The notes under the pieces are model-generated. The model did not search any database, had not been told where the DNA came from, and saw only the letters and a list, made by a program, of their open reading frames with translations. The position numbers and the translations under genes were made by a program. DNA of 64,000 nucleotides from Candidatus Udaeobacter sp. (GTDB lineage: Bacteria > Acidobacteriota > Terriglobia > Acidiferrales > UBA7541), in NCBI GenBank assembly GCA_035511855.1, contig DATKEV010000171.1, positions 2,187 to 66,186 on the forward strand. The letters run 5' to 3'. Shown here in pieces: positions 36,741 to 46,748 of the stretch (position 1 is the stretch's first letter; every line of letters starts with the position of its first letter).

Positions 36741-38969
36741 TCATTGCGACTTGGCAAACGACTCGGCTGGTAGCGTGAGGGCTTCCGTGGCCACGGCTTC
36801 GCTCGAGCCGTGTACCGCCAAGGCTTCGCGGCCCAAACGTGCTTCGCTTTCCGCGCGTGCTTGGACAACAATCGCGAGCACCGGCCCCGGCGTCGTTTTC
36901 ACCAGCTCGTCAGCATGTAGAAAGCAGGCCAACACGAAACGCTCCGGGAGGTGATTGTCGTGCAGGAATTTTCCGTAATTCAGCCAATCGCTTGCTGCGC
37001 TGACGGGATCGGCAAGCGAAGCATCAAGAACCAGCGCGCGCTGATAGGCTTGTGCCGCCGCGCGAGCGTTTCTTTGCTTCTCTTCCAGGTCGGCCAGGTG
37101 CACGAGCGCCAGGCTTTCTAGCGTCTTGTCATTCGCTTTTTCGGCAAACGTGATCGCTGCTTCATATCCCTTGAAAGCCTCGTTTGGCTGATTGATACTT
37201 GCATCCGCGTCGGCCACTTTGATCAGCGCAGCGAGAACACCTGCCGTTTCATTCGAATGTTCCTTCGGATGAGAAGCCACAATCTCGAGGTAAGCTCGAT
37301 AATGCCGCGCCGCGGCCTGCGCTTCCCCGCGGCGTTCAAGCGCTTGCGCAAGGTAGAGCTGCGAGTTTGCGCGTGCCGGGTCATTCGCTACTGCGCTTTG
37401 CCAGCTATCGATGGCTTCCTCATCATGACCCATCCGCCGCGCCAAGACTCCGAAATTCACTAGTGCATCCGAGTTTCGTGGCCAACGCGCCAAAATTCTC
37501 TCATACTCAGCGTAAGCATCTGCATCGCGCCCCGCTTCGATCAATCCCCGGGCGTACGCTTCTTGCTGTGAAAAATCTCCCGGACAAATTTCTGCCGCGC
37601 GCCGAAGCGACGCAAGCGAAGCATCGCGTTGGCCCGCCTGTCTCGAGACACGCGCAAGTCGCGCCTGTATAGAACTGTCGTCAGGATTCAATTTTGCCGC
37701 GCGTTCCAGCGAGGCGAGGTTTTCCACCTCGCTCGACCAGTAGAAATGCACTTGGTCGATGGCTGCGCATCCCAGGAGTAAGACTGCGGTCGTAGTTCGA
37801 ATTGAGCGCGCTCCTTTTGTTGGGCCAGCCAACCAGCGCGTCGCGGCGCGAAATGCGCTTTGCCCGCTCATCACACTGTCGCACGTGCCGCCCCCCGCGT
37901 TGAGCAGGAGCGCCGCCACCCTCGAATCGCGCAACTTCCAGAGCGCCCCATCGAGCATGAAGTGATGGATATTAACTAGCGCCGTAAACGTCAAGAAACT
38001 CGCGGCGAAATCAGCATGAAAGACGCGGCTGACTATCCACGGCCCTGGAATGAACAGTGCAATTCCTCCGGCGACGAGAGTCAGCAGGTACCGCGAAAAT
38101 TTCCATTGGGCATCGCCGGCCACGCGAGCTTCGCGAGCTTGGTAATAGCTCGTGATCCAGAGATATTGCGTGGAATGAAGCACCGCGAGAATCCCGCTGC
38201 TGTAGCGCGTCTGCGGAATATCCCGGCCGCCGTAAAGCTCGATCATCGCCGGCAGCAGAAACCACAGGAATTGCGTCACCGCTAGTGTCAGCGGGGCTAC
38301 GATCGCGCGCAAACTGCTGCGCCGGGCCATGGAAAATAGCGCCCAACCCGTCGCCGCGGCAAAAAAGAGCGCCAGCGCCGCCCTTGCAGGCAACGTAAAT
38401 TTCGCCGGCAAGCCCAGGGAAAGGATCAGCGGGTCGCCGGAGGGTCCCGTGTGAAAGCTCAACATCAAAAGCAGGAACGACGCGACGAAGGACAGTTGAA
38501 TCGCATTCCTCTCGACGGTGCCCGGCGCTAGCCCCGAGCGTCGCGCGAACATCATCAATAGCCCGAAGTTTTGTCCCGTGTAATGCCACGGGCTCCAGCA
38601 GATGTACAGCGTGAAAATCCACGGCAGCAGCGGGTACCACAGGTGCGCCACCAAGCCAGCCACCGCCAGGAGTAACGCGACGTGCACGGTGAACAGGCGA
38701 TATCTCTGAAACTCCGTCTGCGTGTGATACGCGCGATAAACCGTAGCCATGAAATGCGGGTAGTTGAACAGCAGCGCAAGAAAATAGAACGCGACAGTCC
38801 AGGCGTGGGAATGAGTGTTCGTCGTGTAGAACGAAATCAGCAGCAACGGCGCCGACCATGCCCCGCAGCCGACGACCAGATCGATCCACGGACGATAAAT
38901 CCACGGGCTCTGACCGGGAATGGATGCTGGAGCAGTCCGCTCGGGCTCACCTATCAGTGTTGTGCTCAT
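36741..38969 (-). CDS. polytopic membrane protein with His motifs fused to C-terminal TPR repeats
   Basis: aa 20-370 holds about 9-10 hydrophobic helices with the motifs NYPHF, WSPWHYTGQNFG, LHSTQYLW and NIHHFMLDGALWKLR. aa 400-742 has TPR-like repeats (AAKLNPDDSSIQARLA..., YAEYERILARWP...). Confidence 0.7.
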   Translation of the reverse strand: MSTTLIGEPERTAPASIPGQSPWIYRPWIDLVVGCGAWSAPLLLISFYTTNTHSHAWTVAFYFLALLFNYPHFMATVYRAYHTQTEFQRYRLFTVHVALLLAVAGLVAHLWYPLLPWIFTLYICWSPWHYTGQNFGLLMMFARRSGLAPGTVERNAIQLSFVASFLLLMLSFHTGPSGDPLILSLGLPAKFTLPARAALALFFAAATGWALFSMARRSSLRAIVAPLTLAVTQFLWFLLPAMIELYGGRDIPQTRYSSGILAVLHSTQYLWITSYYQAREARVAGDAQWKFSRYLLTLVAGGIALFIPGPWIVSRVFHADFAASFLTFTALVNIHHFMLDGALWKLRDSRVAALLLNAGGGTCDSVMSGQSAFRAATRWLAGPTKGARSIRTTTAVLLLGCAAIDQVHFYWSSEVENLASLERAAKLNPDDSSIQARLARVSRQAGQRDASLASLRRAAEICPGDFSQQEAYARGLIEAGRDADAYAEYERILARWPRNSDALVNFGVLARRMGHDEEAIDSWQSAVANDPARANSQLYLAQALERRGEAQAAARHYRAYLEIVASHPKEHSNETAGVLAALIKVADADASINQPNEAFKGYEAAITFAEKANDKTLESLALVHLADLEEKQRNARAAAQAYQRALVLDASLADPVSAASDWLNYGKFLHDNHLPERFVLACFLHADELVKTTPGPVLAIVVQARAESEARLGREALAVHGSSEAVATEALTLPAESFAKSQ

Positions 38970-39059
38970 CTTTACGCAGAGTAGCGCAGAGACTCGCTCT
39001 CCGCTGAGAGACGACGAGCGGGAAATGTGGAATCGGTTACTTACGTTTTGGATTCGGGC

Positions 39060-39791
39060 CTAGGAAATGGCTAGGATGCGGAGCAGCATCCCAGCCAGCG
39101 TTCCGCCGATGAGCGGGCCGATCACGGGAATCGGGGCATAGCCCCAATCCGACCCGCCTTTCCCCGCAATCGGAAGAATCGCGTGCGCAATGCGTGGCCC
39201 GAGGTCGCGGGCGGGATTAATGGCGTATCCCGTCGGCCCTCCAAGTGACAATCCTATCCCCCAAACCAGGCTGCCCACGAGGTACGGGCCGAGCCCGGCC
39301 GCGGGGCCTGCCGAAGCAACACTCTTCGAAAAAATGGCACCGACGACAAACACCAGAACAAAAGTAGCGATGATTTCGCTGAACAGATTCGCGACGGAAT
39401 TGCGAATCGCCGGCGCGGTGCAAAAGCATCCCAGCTTGGCGACACTGTCCGGCGTCTCTCTCCAATGTGGAAAATAGTGCAACCAGACGAACGCTGCACC
39501 CAGCATGGCCCCGAGCAGCTGCGCCGCAAGGTACGGAGCGAACTTCGAAAAATTGCCGTCCCGCACGGCGAAACCCAAGGTCACCGCTGGATTCAAATGT
39601 GCATCGCCGCTTCCGCAGGCCATCGCGGTAAAAACTCCGGCCATCACCGCGAGGGCCCATCCCGTCGTGATGACCATCCATCCGCTGCCTTCCGCTTTTG
39701 AGCCCTTCAGCAGCACTGCGGCAACCGCGCCGTCACCCAGCAGGATCAGCATCATCGTTCCAAGAAATTCTCCAAGCAATGGTGATGCCAT
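39060..39791 (-). CDS. glpF: aquaglyceroporin (MIP family)
   Basis: Two NPA boxes: NPAVTLG and NPARDLGPR. Confidence 0.87.
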   Translation of the reverse strand: MASPLLGEFLGTMMLILLGDGAVAAVLLKGSKAEGSGWMVITTGWALAVMAGVFTAMACGSGDAHLNPAVTLGFAVRDGNFSKFAPYLAAQLLGAMLGAAFVWLHYFPHWRETPDSVAKLGCFCTAPAIRNSVANLFSEIIATFVLVFVVGAIFSKSVASAGPAAGLGPYLVGSLVWGIGLSLGGPTGYAINPARDLGPRIAHAILPIAGKGGSDWGYAPIPVIGPLIGGTLAGMLLRILAIS

Positions 39792-39806
39792 TTTGCAAAG
39801 CCTCCG

Positions 39807-41309
39807 TCAGGATTCGACCCAGTCGAACGAGCGAGTAACCGCTTTTTTCCACTCTTTATAAAGCCGTGCGCGTTTTTCTTTTTCCAGATGCGGCTTCCAC
39901 GTATGGTCAATTGCCCAGTTCGCACGTAATTCATCCAATCCGGAAAAGAATCTCACGGCCAGGCCGGCTGCATAGGCCGCGCCGAGGGCAGTCGTTTCCT
40001 GAATCACAGGACGAACCACTTCGCGGTTCAAAATGTCCGCTTGGAATTGCATAAGCAAATCGTTCGTCACCATGCCGCCATCTACACGAAGGCTCTGGAG
40101 TTCAATCTGAGAATCTTTTTCCATTGCCTCCACGACTTCGCGTGTTTGAAACGCCGTCGCTTCCAACACCGCGCGCGCAATGTGTCCCTTATTTGCATAC
40201 CGCGTCAATCCGGCAATGACGCCTCGTGCGTTCTCTTTCCAATATGGCGCGTACAGCCCAGAAAATGCCGGCACAAAGTAAGCGCCGCCGTTGTCATTGA
40301 CCGTGCGCGCAAGTCGTTCCACGTCCGAGCTCTTCTGAATCATGCCCAAATTGTCGCGAAGCCATTGCACAAGCGCCCCGGCAATCGCGACACCGCCTTC
40401 GAGCGCGTAATGCGCAGGTCCGTTGCCGAATTTGTAGGCCACTGTGGTGAGCAGGCCGAATTTCGAAGGAACAAGCCGTTCGCCGGTGTTCATCAAGAGA
40501 AAACAGCCTGTTCCATACGTGTTCTTCACTTCGCCGGGACGAAAGCACGCCTGCCCGACCAGTGCTGCCTGCTGATCACCAAGAATTCCCGTGATCGGTA
40601 CGCCCGCGATGCAGCTCAGTGCCGCTTCTCCGTACACCTCGCTGCTCGACCTCACCTGCGGCAACACCGCCCTTGGAATTTCAAATGCCGCGAGTAGTTC
40701 TGCATCCCAGTCCAGCGTTTTCAAATGAAGCAGCTGCGTGCGGCTGGCGTTGGTCACGTCCGTCACATGTATTCCGCCCTTTGGCCCGCCCGTCAAGTTC
40801 CAGAGAAGAAATGTGTCAATATTTCCGAAAAGCAGCTCGCCTGCTGCCGCCTTTTCTTTGGCGCCGGGAACATTCTCCAGAAGCCAGCGCAGCTTCAAGC
40901 TGCTGAAGTAGGTACTGAGCGGCAACCCGGTCTGTGGGCGGAAGCGGTCCTGGCCGCCATGGCGGCAAAATCGCCCTACCTCCTCGGCGACTCGCGTATC
41001 CTGCCAAACGATCGCGTTTGCCACCGGCCTGCCCGTTTTGCGCTCCCAAAGAACACTGGTTTCCCGTTGATTCGTGATGCCAATGGCAGCCAGATCGGAC
41101 GAGCGCAATCCGCGTTGCGCGAACGCCTCCTCAATGACCTCCTCCGTGCGGCGAAGTATTTCCAAACCGTCGTGCTCCACCCACCCAGGCTTCGGAAATA
41201 TCTGCTCGTGTTCTTTCTGTGCGACCGCGACCACTCGCCCAGATTTGTCAAAGACCATGAATCGTGTGCTGGTTGTGCCCTGGTCGATCGCACCAATGTA
41301 GTCTTTCAC
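39807..41309 (-). CDS. glpK: glycerol kinase
   Basis: [19 protein letters not shown], and a full-length FGGY kinase. No ATG near the conserved N-terminus. GTG at 41309 (GAAGAGG upstream) is preferred; an alternative GTG lies at 41330. Confidence 0.9.
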   Translation of the reverse strand: MKDYIGAIDQGTTSTRFMVFDKSGRVVAVAQKEHEQIFPKPGWVEHDGLEILRRTEEVIEEAFAQRGLRSSDLAAIGITNQRETSVLWERKTGRPVANAIVWQDTRVAEEVGRFCRHGGQDRFRPQTGLPLSTYFSSLKLRWLLENVPGAKEKAAAGELLFGNIDTFLLWNLTGGPKGGIHVTDVTNASRTQLLHLKTLDWDAELLAAFEIPRAVLPQVRSSSEVYGEAALSCIAGVPITGILGDQQAALVGQACFRPGEVKNTYGTGCFLLMNTGERLVPSKFGLLTTVAYKFGNGPAHYALEGGVAIAGALVQWLRDNLGMIQKSSDVERLARTVNDNGGAYFVPAFSGLYAPYWKENARGVIAGLTRYANKGHIARAVLEATAFQTREVVEAMEKDSQIELQSLRVDGGMVTNDLLMQFQADILNREVVRPVIQETTALGAAYAAGLAVRFFSGLDELRANWAIDHTWKPHLEKEKRARLYKEWKKAVTRSFDWVES

Positions 41310-41495
41310 GGAAATGACCTCTTCGTTCACGCCGCAGCATACTACGCCATTTTGGTCGCTGCCGAACGACAAGTCGCGCAAGACCCGCCAACTCTGGCGG
41401 CGATGGCCCATGCGGACACCCACGCGCGCGGGGTGTGCCTTTTGATCGTCTTGTGCATCTAAATAAACTGGGGATGGATTTAAGGAGCTATTTTG

Positions 41496-42425
41496 ATGAG
41501 CAATCGATTCATTAAGGGACGTCTGGCTCTCGCCACGACGGCGTTGACGTTGATTTTCGGGCTAGCTGTTTCAGTGGCAATTGCCGCCGAACCAGAGAAT
41601 GTCACATTCACGGTGACCGCAGCGACCAAAAAAGGCAGCGATGTACCCGCCGTTGCGAAGAGCGATGTACAGTTTTTTCTCAACAAACAGCGGACGCCGG
41701 ACGCAGATTGGAAGCGCGGTGAAAAGCTGTATCTTGCCGTGTTGATCGACGATTCGCTGGACAGCAACGTTGCCAGCCAGTGGAACGACGTAAAGGCATT
41801 TTTCTCCGCGCTCCCGGATACGGCCTATATTTCCGTGTCCTACTCGCGCAATGGCGCAGCCATGGTGGCTCAGGATTTCACCAACGATCATGCGCTCGCT
41901 GCCAAGGCTCTCCGCCTGCCGCTCGGCGAAGGAGGCGCGTTTTCAAGCCCTTATCTTGCGCTGGAGGACTTGATGAAGCGCTGGCCATCATCCGCAGACC
42001 GGCGTTCCATTCTGCTGATCTCTTCCGGGATTGACTACTTTCGCGGAGATTTCGGGCCGACCAGCCCGGACCTGGATACGGTGACCGAACATGCTCAGAA
42101 ACAAAACATCAACGTCTGGTCCATCTTTGCTCCGGACGCTAGGCACAGGTCGCGGAATTCCTTTCTTGCCTGGAGAGGGCAGATGAATCTCAGCCGACTG
42201 GCGGAAGAAACAGGCGCTGAATCCTATTATCTCGGTACTGCACCGGCGGTCACCTTCAAGCCGTATCTAGACGAGATCACCACCCACCTCAACAACCAGT
42301 ACCTTCTGACTTTTGAAAGCAGCGGAGGAGAGAAGGGACGTTTCGAGAGTGTTCACGAGACGACGGAACTTTCTAACGTCGAATTATTTTCAGCGCCGCG
42401 TGTCTTTCTGCCCGCGGTTAGATGA
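41496..42425 (+). CDS. secreted VWFA-related (acidobacterial-type) domain protein
   Basis: Signal peptide. An N-terminal beta region is followed by [14 protein letters not shown] (a MIDAS-like position), as in the VWFA-related acidobacterial domain family. ATG 8 nt after AAGGAG. Confidence 0.55.
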   Translation: MSNRFIKGRLALATTALTLIFGLAVSVAIAAEPENVTFTVTAATKKGSDVPAVAKSDVQFFLNKQRTPDADWKRGEKLYLAVLIDDSLDSNVASQWNDVKAFFSALPDTAYISVSYSRNGAAMVAQDFTNDHALAAKALRLPLGEGGAFSSPYLALEDLMKRWPSSADRRSILLISSGIDYFRGDFGPTSPDLDTVTEHAQKQNINVWSIFAPDARHRSRNSFLAWRGQMNLSRLAEETGAESYYLGTAPAVTFKPYLDEITTHLNNQYLLTFESSGGEKGRFESVHETTELSNVELFSAPRVFLPAVR

Positions 42426-42460
42426 CGGCATTCGGCGGGTTCGGCCAAGTGGGTAAAAGA

Positions 42461-42487
42461 AAAGGCACGGATTCGATCCGAGCCTTT
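42461..42487. terminator. bidirectional Rho-independent terminator
   Basis: AAAGGCACGGAT-TCG-ATCCGAGCCTTT (12-bp stem, one mismatch). It is flanked by A-rich sequence on the left and TTTGTT on the right, between convergent stops. Confidence 0.65.
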
Positions 42488-42527
42488 GTTGTCCCTCGCG
42501 ATGCGCGCCCGTCCGCGGCGGGACAGA

Positions 42528-43649
42528 TTAGTCATCCGACCCCGTAAGCGCTGCGGCCCGGGTAGAATCTCGGATGACCAATTCCGGATTCATCTTATGG
42601 CGCGAGATGTTCCAATCTCGCTTCTCCAGTCCGGCGTTTACGCCCTCCATCACCAGGTTTACAGCTAGATCGCCCATGGCTTCGAGCGGTTGTCTCACCG
42701 TCGTCAGGGCCGGGGCAGCCAGAGAGGAAAGCGGCACATCATCGAAACCGACCACCGAGCAGTGTTCAGGCACCTTCACTCCAGCCTTGGTCAGCGCGCG
42801 AACAGCGCCTAGCGCCGTCAAGTCATCGAACGCCATCAGCGCCGTGAAGCGCTTCTTCCGCTGCAACAATTCCTCGGTGAACCGGTACCCACCTTCGAAA
42901 CCGGAATTCGGGTCGAAAGAGTCCGGAAGCTGCAAAGTGAGCGACGGATCGATCTCCAGTCCGGCCGAGTGGGCAAATCTTTGGATGCCCTTCCATCTCG
43001 GTGCAGTGTCAATCAGCATCTTTGGCCCACGGATGAACGCGATTTTGCGGTGCCCGAGATGGTGAAGATGCTCCAGGGCAAGCCGCCCGCCCACCTCGTT
43101 ATCCACCATGACGGAGCTGACCGTGTCGCCGGGCATTTCCCATCCGATGGTTGCAGCAGGTATGTTCCGTTTGCTGACATCGGCGAGCAGGTGAATATCC
43201 ACGAACAGCCAGTTGGCAACAACGATCAATGCTTCCACGTGATGATCGAGCAGCATCTCCAGGTAGCGTTCAAAGCGGTTCCTCTGGTTATGCGCGTCGG
43301 CAAAAATCGGCACGTACGAGGACTGATAGAGGGCATTTTCGATGCCGCGCAACACCGGTGTGCAGAAGGGGTCGGTGATATCGACGAACATCACGCCAAC
43401 GCTGTGGCTTCGCTTGCTTCGCAAAAAACGTGCCATGGCGTTCGGCCGGTACCCCAGCTTTTTCGCCACTTCTTCGATTCGTTTTTTCGTGGTCGGGGCA
43501 ATGTAGCGCGCCAGCGGCGCATTGTTCAGGACGATGGAAACTGTTGCCGGTGAAAAGCCGCTGCCCTTGGCGACATCCCGCATGGTTATGGTGAGGTTCT
43601 TGCCGCTTGCCCTTTTCACCAGAAGTTGCGTCTCCGATAGCATCATCAT
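42528..43649 (-). CDS. LacI-family transcriptional regulator
   Basis: HTH TMRDVAKGSGFSPATVSIVLNN followed by a periplasmic-binding-protein-like core. GGAAGG lies before a triple ATG. Confidence 0.85.
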   Translation of the reverse strand: MMMLSETQLLVKRASGKNLTITMRDVAKGSGFSPATVSIVLNNAPLARYIAPTTKKRIEEVAKKLGYRPNAMARFLRSKRSHSVGVMFVDITDPFCTPVLRGIENALYQSSYVPIFADAHNQRNRFERYLEMLLDHHVEALIVVANWLFVDIHLLADVSKRNIPAATIGWEMPGDTVSSVMVDNEVGGRLALEHLHHLGHRKIAFIRGPKMLIDTAPRWKGIQRFAHSAGLEIDPSLTLQLPDSFDPNSGFEGGYRFTEELLQRKKRFTALMAFDDLTALGAVRALTKAGVKVPEHCSVVGFDDVPLSSLAAPALTTVRQPLEAMGDLAVNLVMEGVNAGLEKRDWNISRHKMNPELVIRDSTRAAALTGSDD

Positions 43650-43696
43650 CCTTCCAGAGCCATCAGATATGCAATGGCCGTTCCGCGGCCGAGTCC

Positions 43697-45040
43697 TTAT
43701 TCCGCGGGCACCTCAAATGAAAGCTGCTCCCGGAAGCCCCGGGTCTTCCACACCCCGAAGGCAATCCCCGTGATCATCCAGATGGCGCCGATGATCTGGG
43801 CCGTGTGATCGAGGCTTAGCCACAAGCCGAGGCAGATCAGAAAACCTAGAATTGGCGGGATCAAATTGCCCAGTTGCTTTTGCGGACTACGAACGTAATA
43901 GCGCAACAAGGCCGCCAGGTTCACTCCCATAAAGGCGATCAAGGCGCCGAAATTCAACAGGTTCAATCCGCGTTCGTAGGTGAGAAAGAACGAACCGACA
44001 AGAACGATTGTGCCCACGAAAAGCACGCTGTTTCGCGGGATGTGATGCTTGGGATCAACGGCTCCAAAGAAGGACTTGGGCAGAGCATTGCTCCGGCCCA
44101 TGCCATAGAGCAGGCGTGCGGCGCCCAGTTGCGCGCCCAGGCCCGAGCCAAAGTTTGCGACGATAAGCGTGACGCCGACAATTTTGAAAAGCGGCAGCCA
44201 CGCGCGCGCAGCTACGAAGACGTAAGCTGTATCGGGATTCTGAAACGGCTCGGAGGCGGGCCAGATCAGTTGTGCCACGTAAACTTCCACGGCGGAGAGC
44301 AGACCGATCACCACGCAGGTCAGCACGGTGGCCAGCATGATATTTCGCCGCGGGTTTTCGGCTTCCTCGGACAGCGTGGAAATGCCATCGAAGCCTATGT
44401 AGGTTAGAACGGCGATCGATGTGCATCCGAAGAGCCGCGTATACGTGAATGTTTGGGGATCGTAGAGCGGCCGGGTGAAGAAGATTGGGTCATCGTGTGG
44501 GTGGCCAAGAATGTAACGAGCCGCGGCCACGAAGACGATCACGATAACCGCGCTCATCCCCGCAGCCATGCCGGCATTCACTCGCGCGGACGTTTTAACG
44601 CCGCGTATATTCAGCAGCGTAAAAACACCGGCGAAGAAGATCTGCCATCCCCAGACGGGAAGACCGGAAGCAAAGTCGTGGGCTTGCTGTGCACACCAAA
44701 TCGTGCAGATAAGCGGATTGAGCATGTAGTCCATCACCATGCTCCATCCCGTTACGTAGCCGGCCGCCGGATGGATCTCCTGGGCTACGTACGTGAAAGC
44801 GGATCCGGCGCTGGGATAGGCTCGTGCCATGCGGCCATAGCTGATCCCCGTGAAGAGCATGCCCACCATGGCGAGGAGGATGGCCGTGACTACGTGGCCA
44901 TGTCCGCGATCGCTGAGCGCGCCGAAGGAAGACATCGGCGCCACCGGCTGAATCACGATCACCCCATAGAGGATCAGGTCCCAGAGCGTAAGAGTCCGCC
45001 GTAATCGCGGGCCGGAATCGGCCGTGGATTCTTCGGTCAA
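43697..45040 (-). CDS. APC-superfamily amino acid/polyamine permease
   Basis: 12 TM segments and an N-terminal LTLWDLILYGVIVIQPVAP signature-like region. TTG start after AAAGGAGAGG. Confidence 0.85.
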   Translation of the reverse strand: MTEESTADSGPRLRRTLTLWDLILYGVIVIQPVAPMSSFGALSDRGHGHVVTAILLAMVGMLFTGISYGRMARAYPSAGSAFTYVAQEIHPAAGYVTGWSMVMDYMLNPLICTIWCAQQAHDFASGLPVWGWQIFFAGVFTLLNIRGVKTSARVNAGMAAGMSAVIVIVFVAAARYILGHPHDDPIFFTRPLYDPQTFTYTRLFGCTSIAVLTYIGFDGISTLSEEAENPRRNIMLATVLTCVVIGLLSAVEVYVAQLIWPASEPFQNPDTAYVFVAARAWLPLFKIVGVTLIVANFGSGLGAQLGAARLLYGMGRSNALPKSFFGAVDPKHHIPRNSVLFVGTIVLVGSFFLTYERGLNLLNFGALIAFMGVNLAALLRYYVRSPQKQLGNLIPPILGFLICLGLWLSLDHTAQIIGAIWMITGIAFGVWKTRGFREQLSFEVPAE

Positions 45041-45161
45041 GCACCTCTCCTTTTTGCAGAGGAGTTACGATTCCATCCCAACGGACTTCCTGGCCGCGCA
45101 ATTTCCGTTTCCGGCGGACAGGCCCCCGCCCGAGCTCGCACCCGGCACCCGGCACCCTTTA

Positions 45162-45175
45162 TTCAATCGTTTCAA
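45162..45175. promoter_or_regulatory. candidate LacI-family operator
   Basis: Minus-strand TTGAAACGATTGAA fits the core AAnCGnTT with complementary outer TT/AA. It sits about 120 nt upstream of the permease-LacI operon. Confidence 0.25.
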
Positions 45176-45418
45176 TACAGCAGTGTGCGCAAATCTCTCC
45201 TCATCCGCAACACCAAAAATTCGTCCGCGCATGCTTTTGCGAAATGACCGCTCAACCGTGCCTCTCTGCCCTGAACTCTCGTACAGGTTCTGATATCCGC
45301 GGCCCGGTATCTCTTGGCTAACTTCGGTCGTGCTTAGTCGGCAACGCATTGTCCGCAAAAGTAGTCTAATTATTAGGGGGCCCGCTCGGAACCATAAATC
45401 CGGTCGGGAACCAGAACC

Positions 45419-46729
45419 ATGCGCGAGACCACCATCACCATCCGACGCAGTCCCAGCATTGTCTTCTTCGCGCATATTGGCGGATTTCTTTTTCTGCTCC
45501 TCGCCGCTTATTGGCTACGCCGCATTTCTGTAGAGCCCGACACCCTCCTGCAAGGCTACTTGCAGGTCATCAGCGGCTTGCTGGCTTTTGTCTTCGCTGC
45601 TGTAACCCTTGTTCGTTTCCAGGGTACTCAGGATCGCATTTCCTTGATCCTTGGTGCCGGATTCCTTCTTTCTGGAGCCCTGCTCACGGCCACAAGTGTC
45701 CTTTTTTTTCAGTTTCTGCCGGATGCGCCGCTGCGGCTCCTTTGGGCGCCCATCGCCTGGTGGCTCGGTCGAATCGTTTTGGCGCTGTTGCTCATCGTTG
45801 CTCTGCTCGTTGAGCGATTCCTCCCGCGTTCCCGCCATCCGCGCCAGGAAATCGCTGGCGCGCTGCTGACGGTTATCGCTCTCACCTACGTCCTGGCCGT
45901 CGCCCTCCGCCGCTTGCCTCCGGAAGTCTCCCCGCACCCGGGCGCATTCTTCCCGATTCCCCAGCAACTCCTCCCCGGGCTCATCTTCTTGGTCAGTTTG
46001 ATCTGGTATCGCCGCCGGCTAGCCAGCGAGGATTCGGCCTTTGATCGCACAATTTACGCCGCCATCTGGTTAAACGTCGCCGCTCAGCTCTCTGCCGCGC
46101 AATCGGAGCGCTTGCTCGACGCGCCCTTCGTCTTCGCCCAGGGACTCGTGGTGATGAGTTACACCGTCGCCCTTGGCGGCGCGCTTCTTGACAACTCGCG
46201 CCTCTTCGAGCAGGTTCGCCATCTCGCCGTCAGCGATCCGCTCACCGGCCTTGCGAACTACCGCCGCCTCCTCGACGTCCTCGAGAACGAGACCGAACGC
46301 ACCAACCGTAGCGGCCGCCCTTTCGCCGTGCTCCTTCTCGACCTCGATGGCCTGAAGAAAGTCAACGACAAATACGGCCACCTTGTCGGCAGTCGTGCCA
46401 TCTGCCGCCTCGCCGACATTCTGCGCATCCACTGTCGCGCTATCGACACTGCTGCCCGCTACGGCGGCGACGAATTTGCTCTGGTTTTGCCTGAAACGGA
46501 GGAGGAAGAAGCGCGCTATGTCGCCGGCCGCATCCGCGAAGTCATGGCCACTGACCACGAACAGCCGTCGCTCTCGGCGAGCATTGGTATTTCTGTGTAT
46601 CGCGGTGACGGCGAACGTATCGAGAAGCTGCTCTCCGAAGCGGACCGCCATCTCTACGCAGAAAAAGCGCGGCGGGTTAAGCGCGGTGCCGCCGCGCTGA
46701 ATCCCCGTCGCCGTAACCCGAAACTCTGA
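45419..46729 (+). CDS. membrane-bound diguanylate cyclase (GGDEF)
   Basis: About 7 N-terminal TM helices. DPLTGLANYR, RYGGDEFAL active site, and an RxxD-like I-site region upstream. Confidence 0.85.
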   Translation: MRETTITIRRSPSIVFFAHIGGFLFLLLAAYWLRRISVEPDTLLQGYLQVISGLLAFVFAAVTLVRFQGTQDRISLILGAGFLLSGALLTATSVLFFQFLPDAPLRLLWAPIAWWLGRIVLALLLIVALLVERFLPRSRHPRQEIAGALLTVIALTYVLAVALRRLPPEVSPHPGAFFPIPQQLLPGLIFLVSLIWYRRRLASEDSAFDRTIYAAIWLNVAAQLSAAQSERLLDAPFVFAQGLVVMSYTVALGGALLDNSRLFEQVRHLAVSDPLTGLANYRRLLDVLENETERTNRSGRPFAVLLLDLDGLKKVNDKYGHLVGSRAICRLADILRIHCRAIDTAARYGGDEFALVLPETEEEEARYVAGRIREVMATDHEQPSLSASIGISVYRGDGERIEKLLSEADRHLYAEKARRVKRGAAALNPRRRNPKL

Positions 46730-46748
46730 TCGCCGCGGGTTGCCTGAA

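Noticed and set aside
45041-45300. Possible glycine or other amino-acid riboswitch in the leader of the APC permease (a GGAGAG element is present).
   Set aside because: The remaining glycine-riboswitch consensus (the CACCG...GGGCAA and CTCAGGCAAAAGGAC-type segments) is not present, and no convincing multi-stem junction could be drawn by hand.
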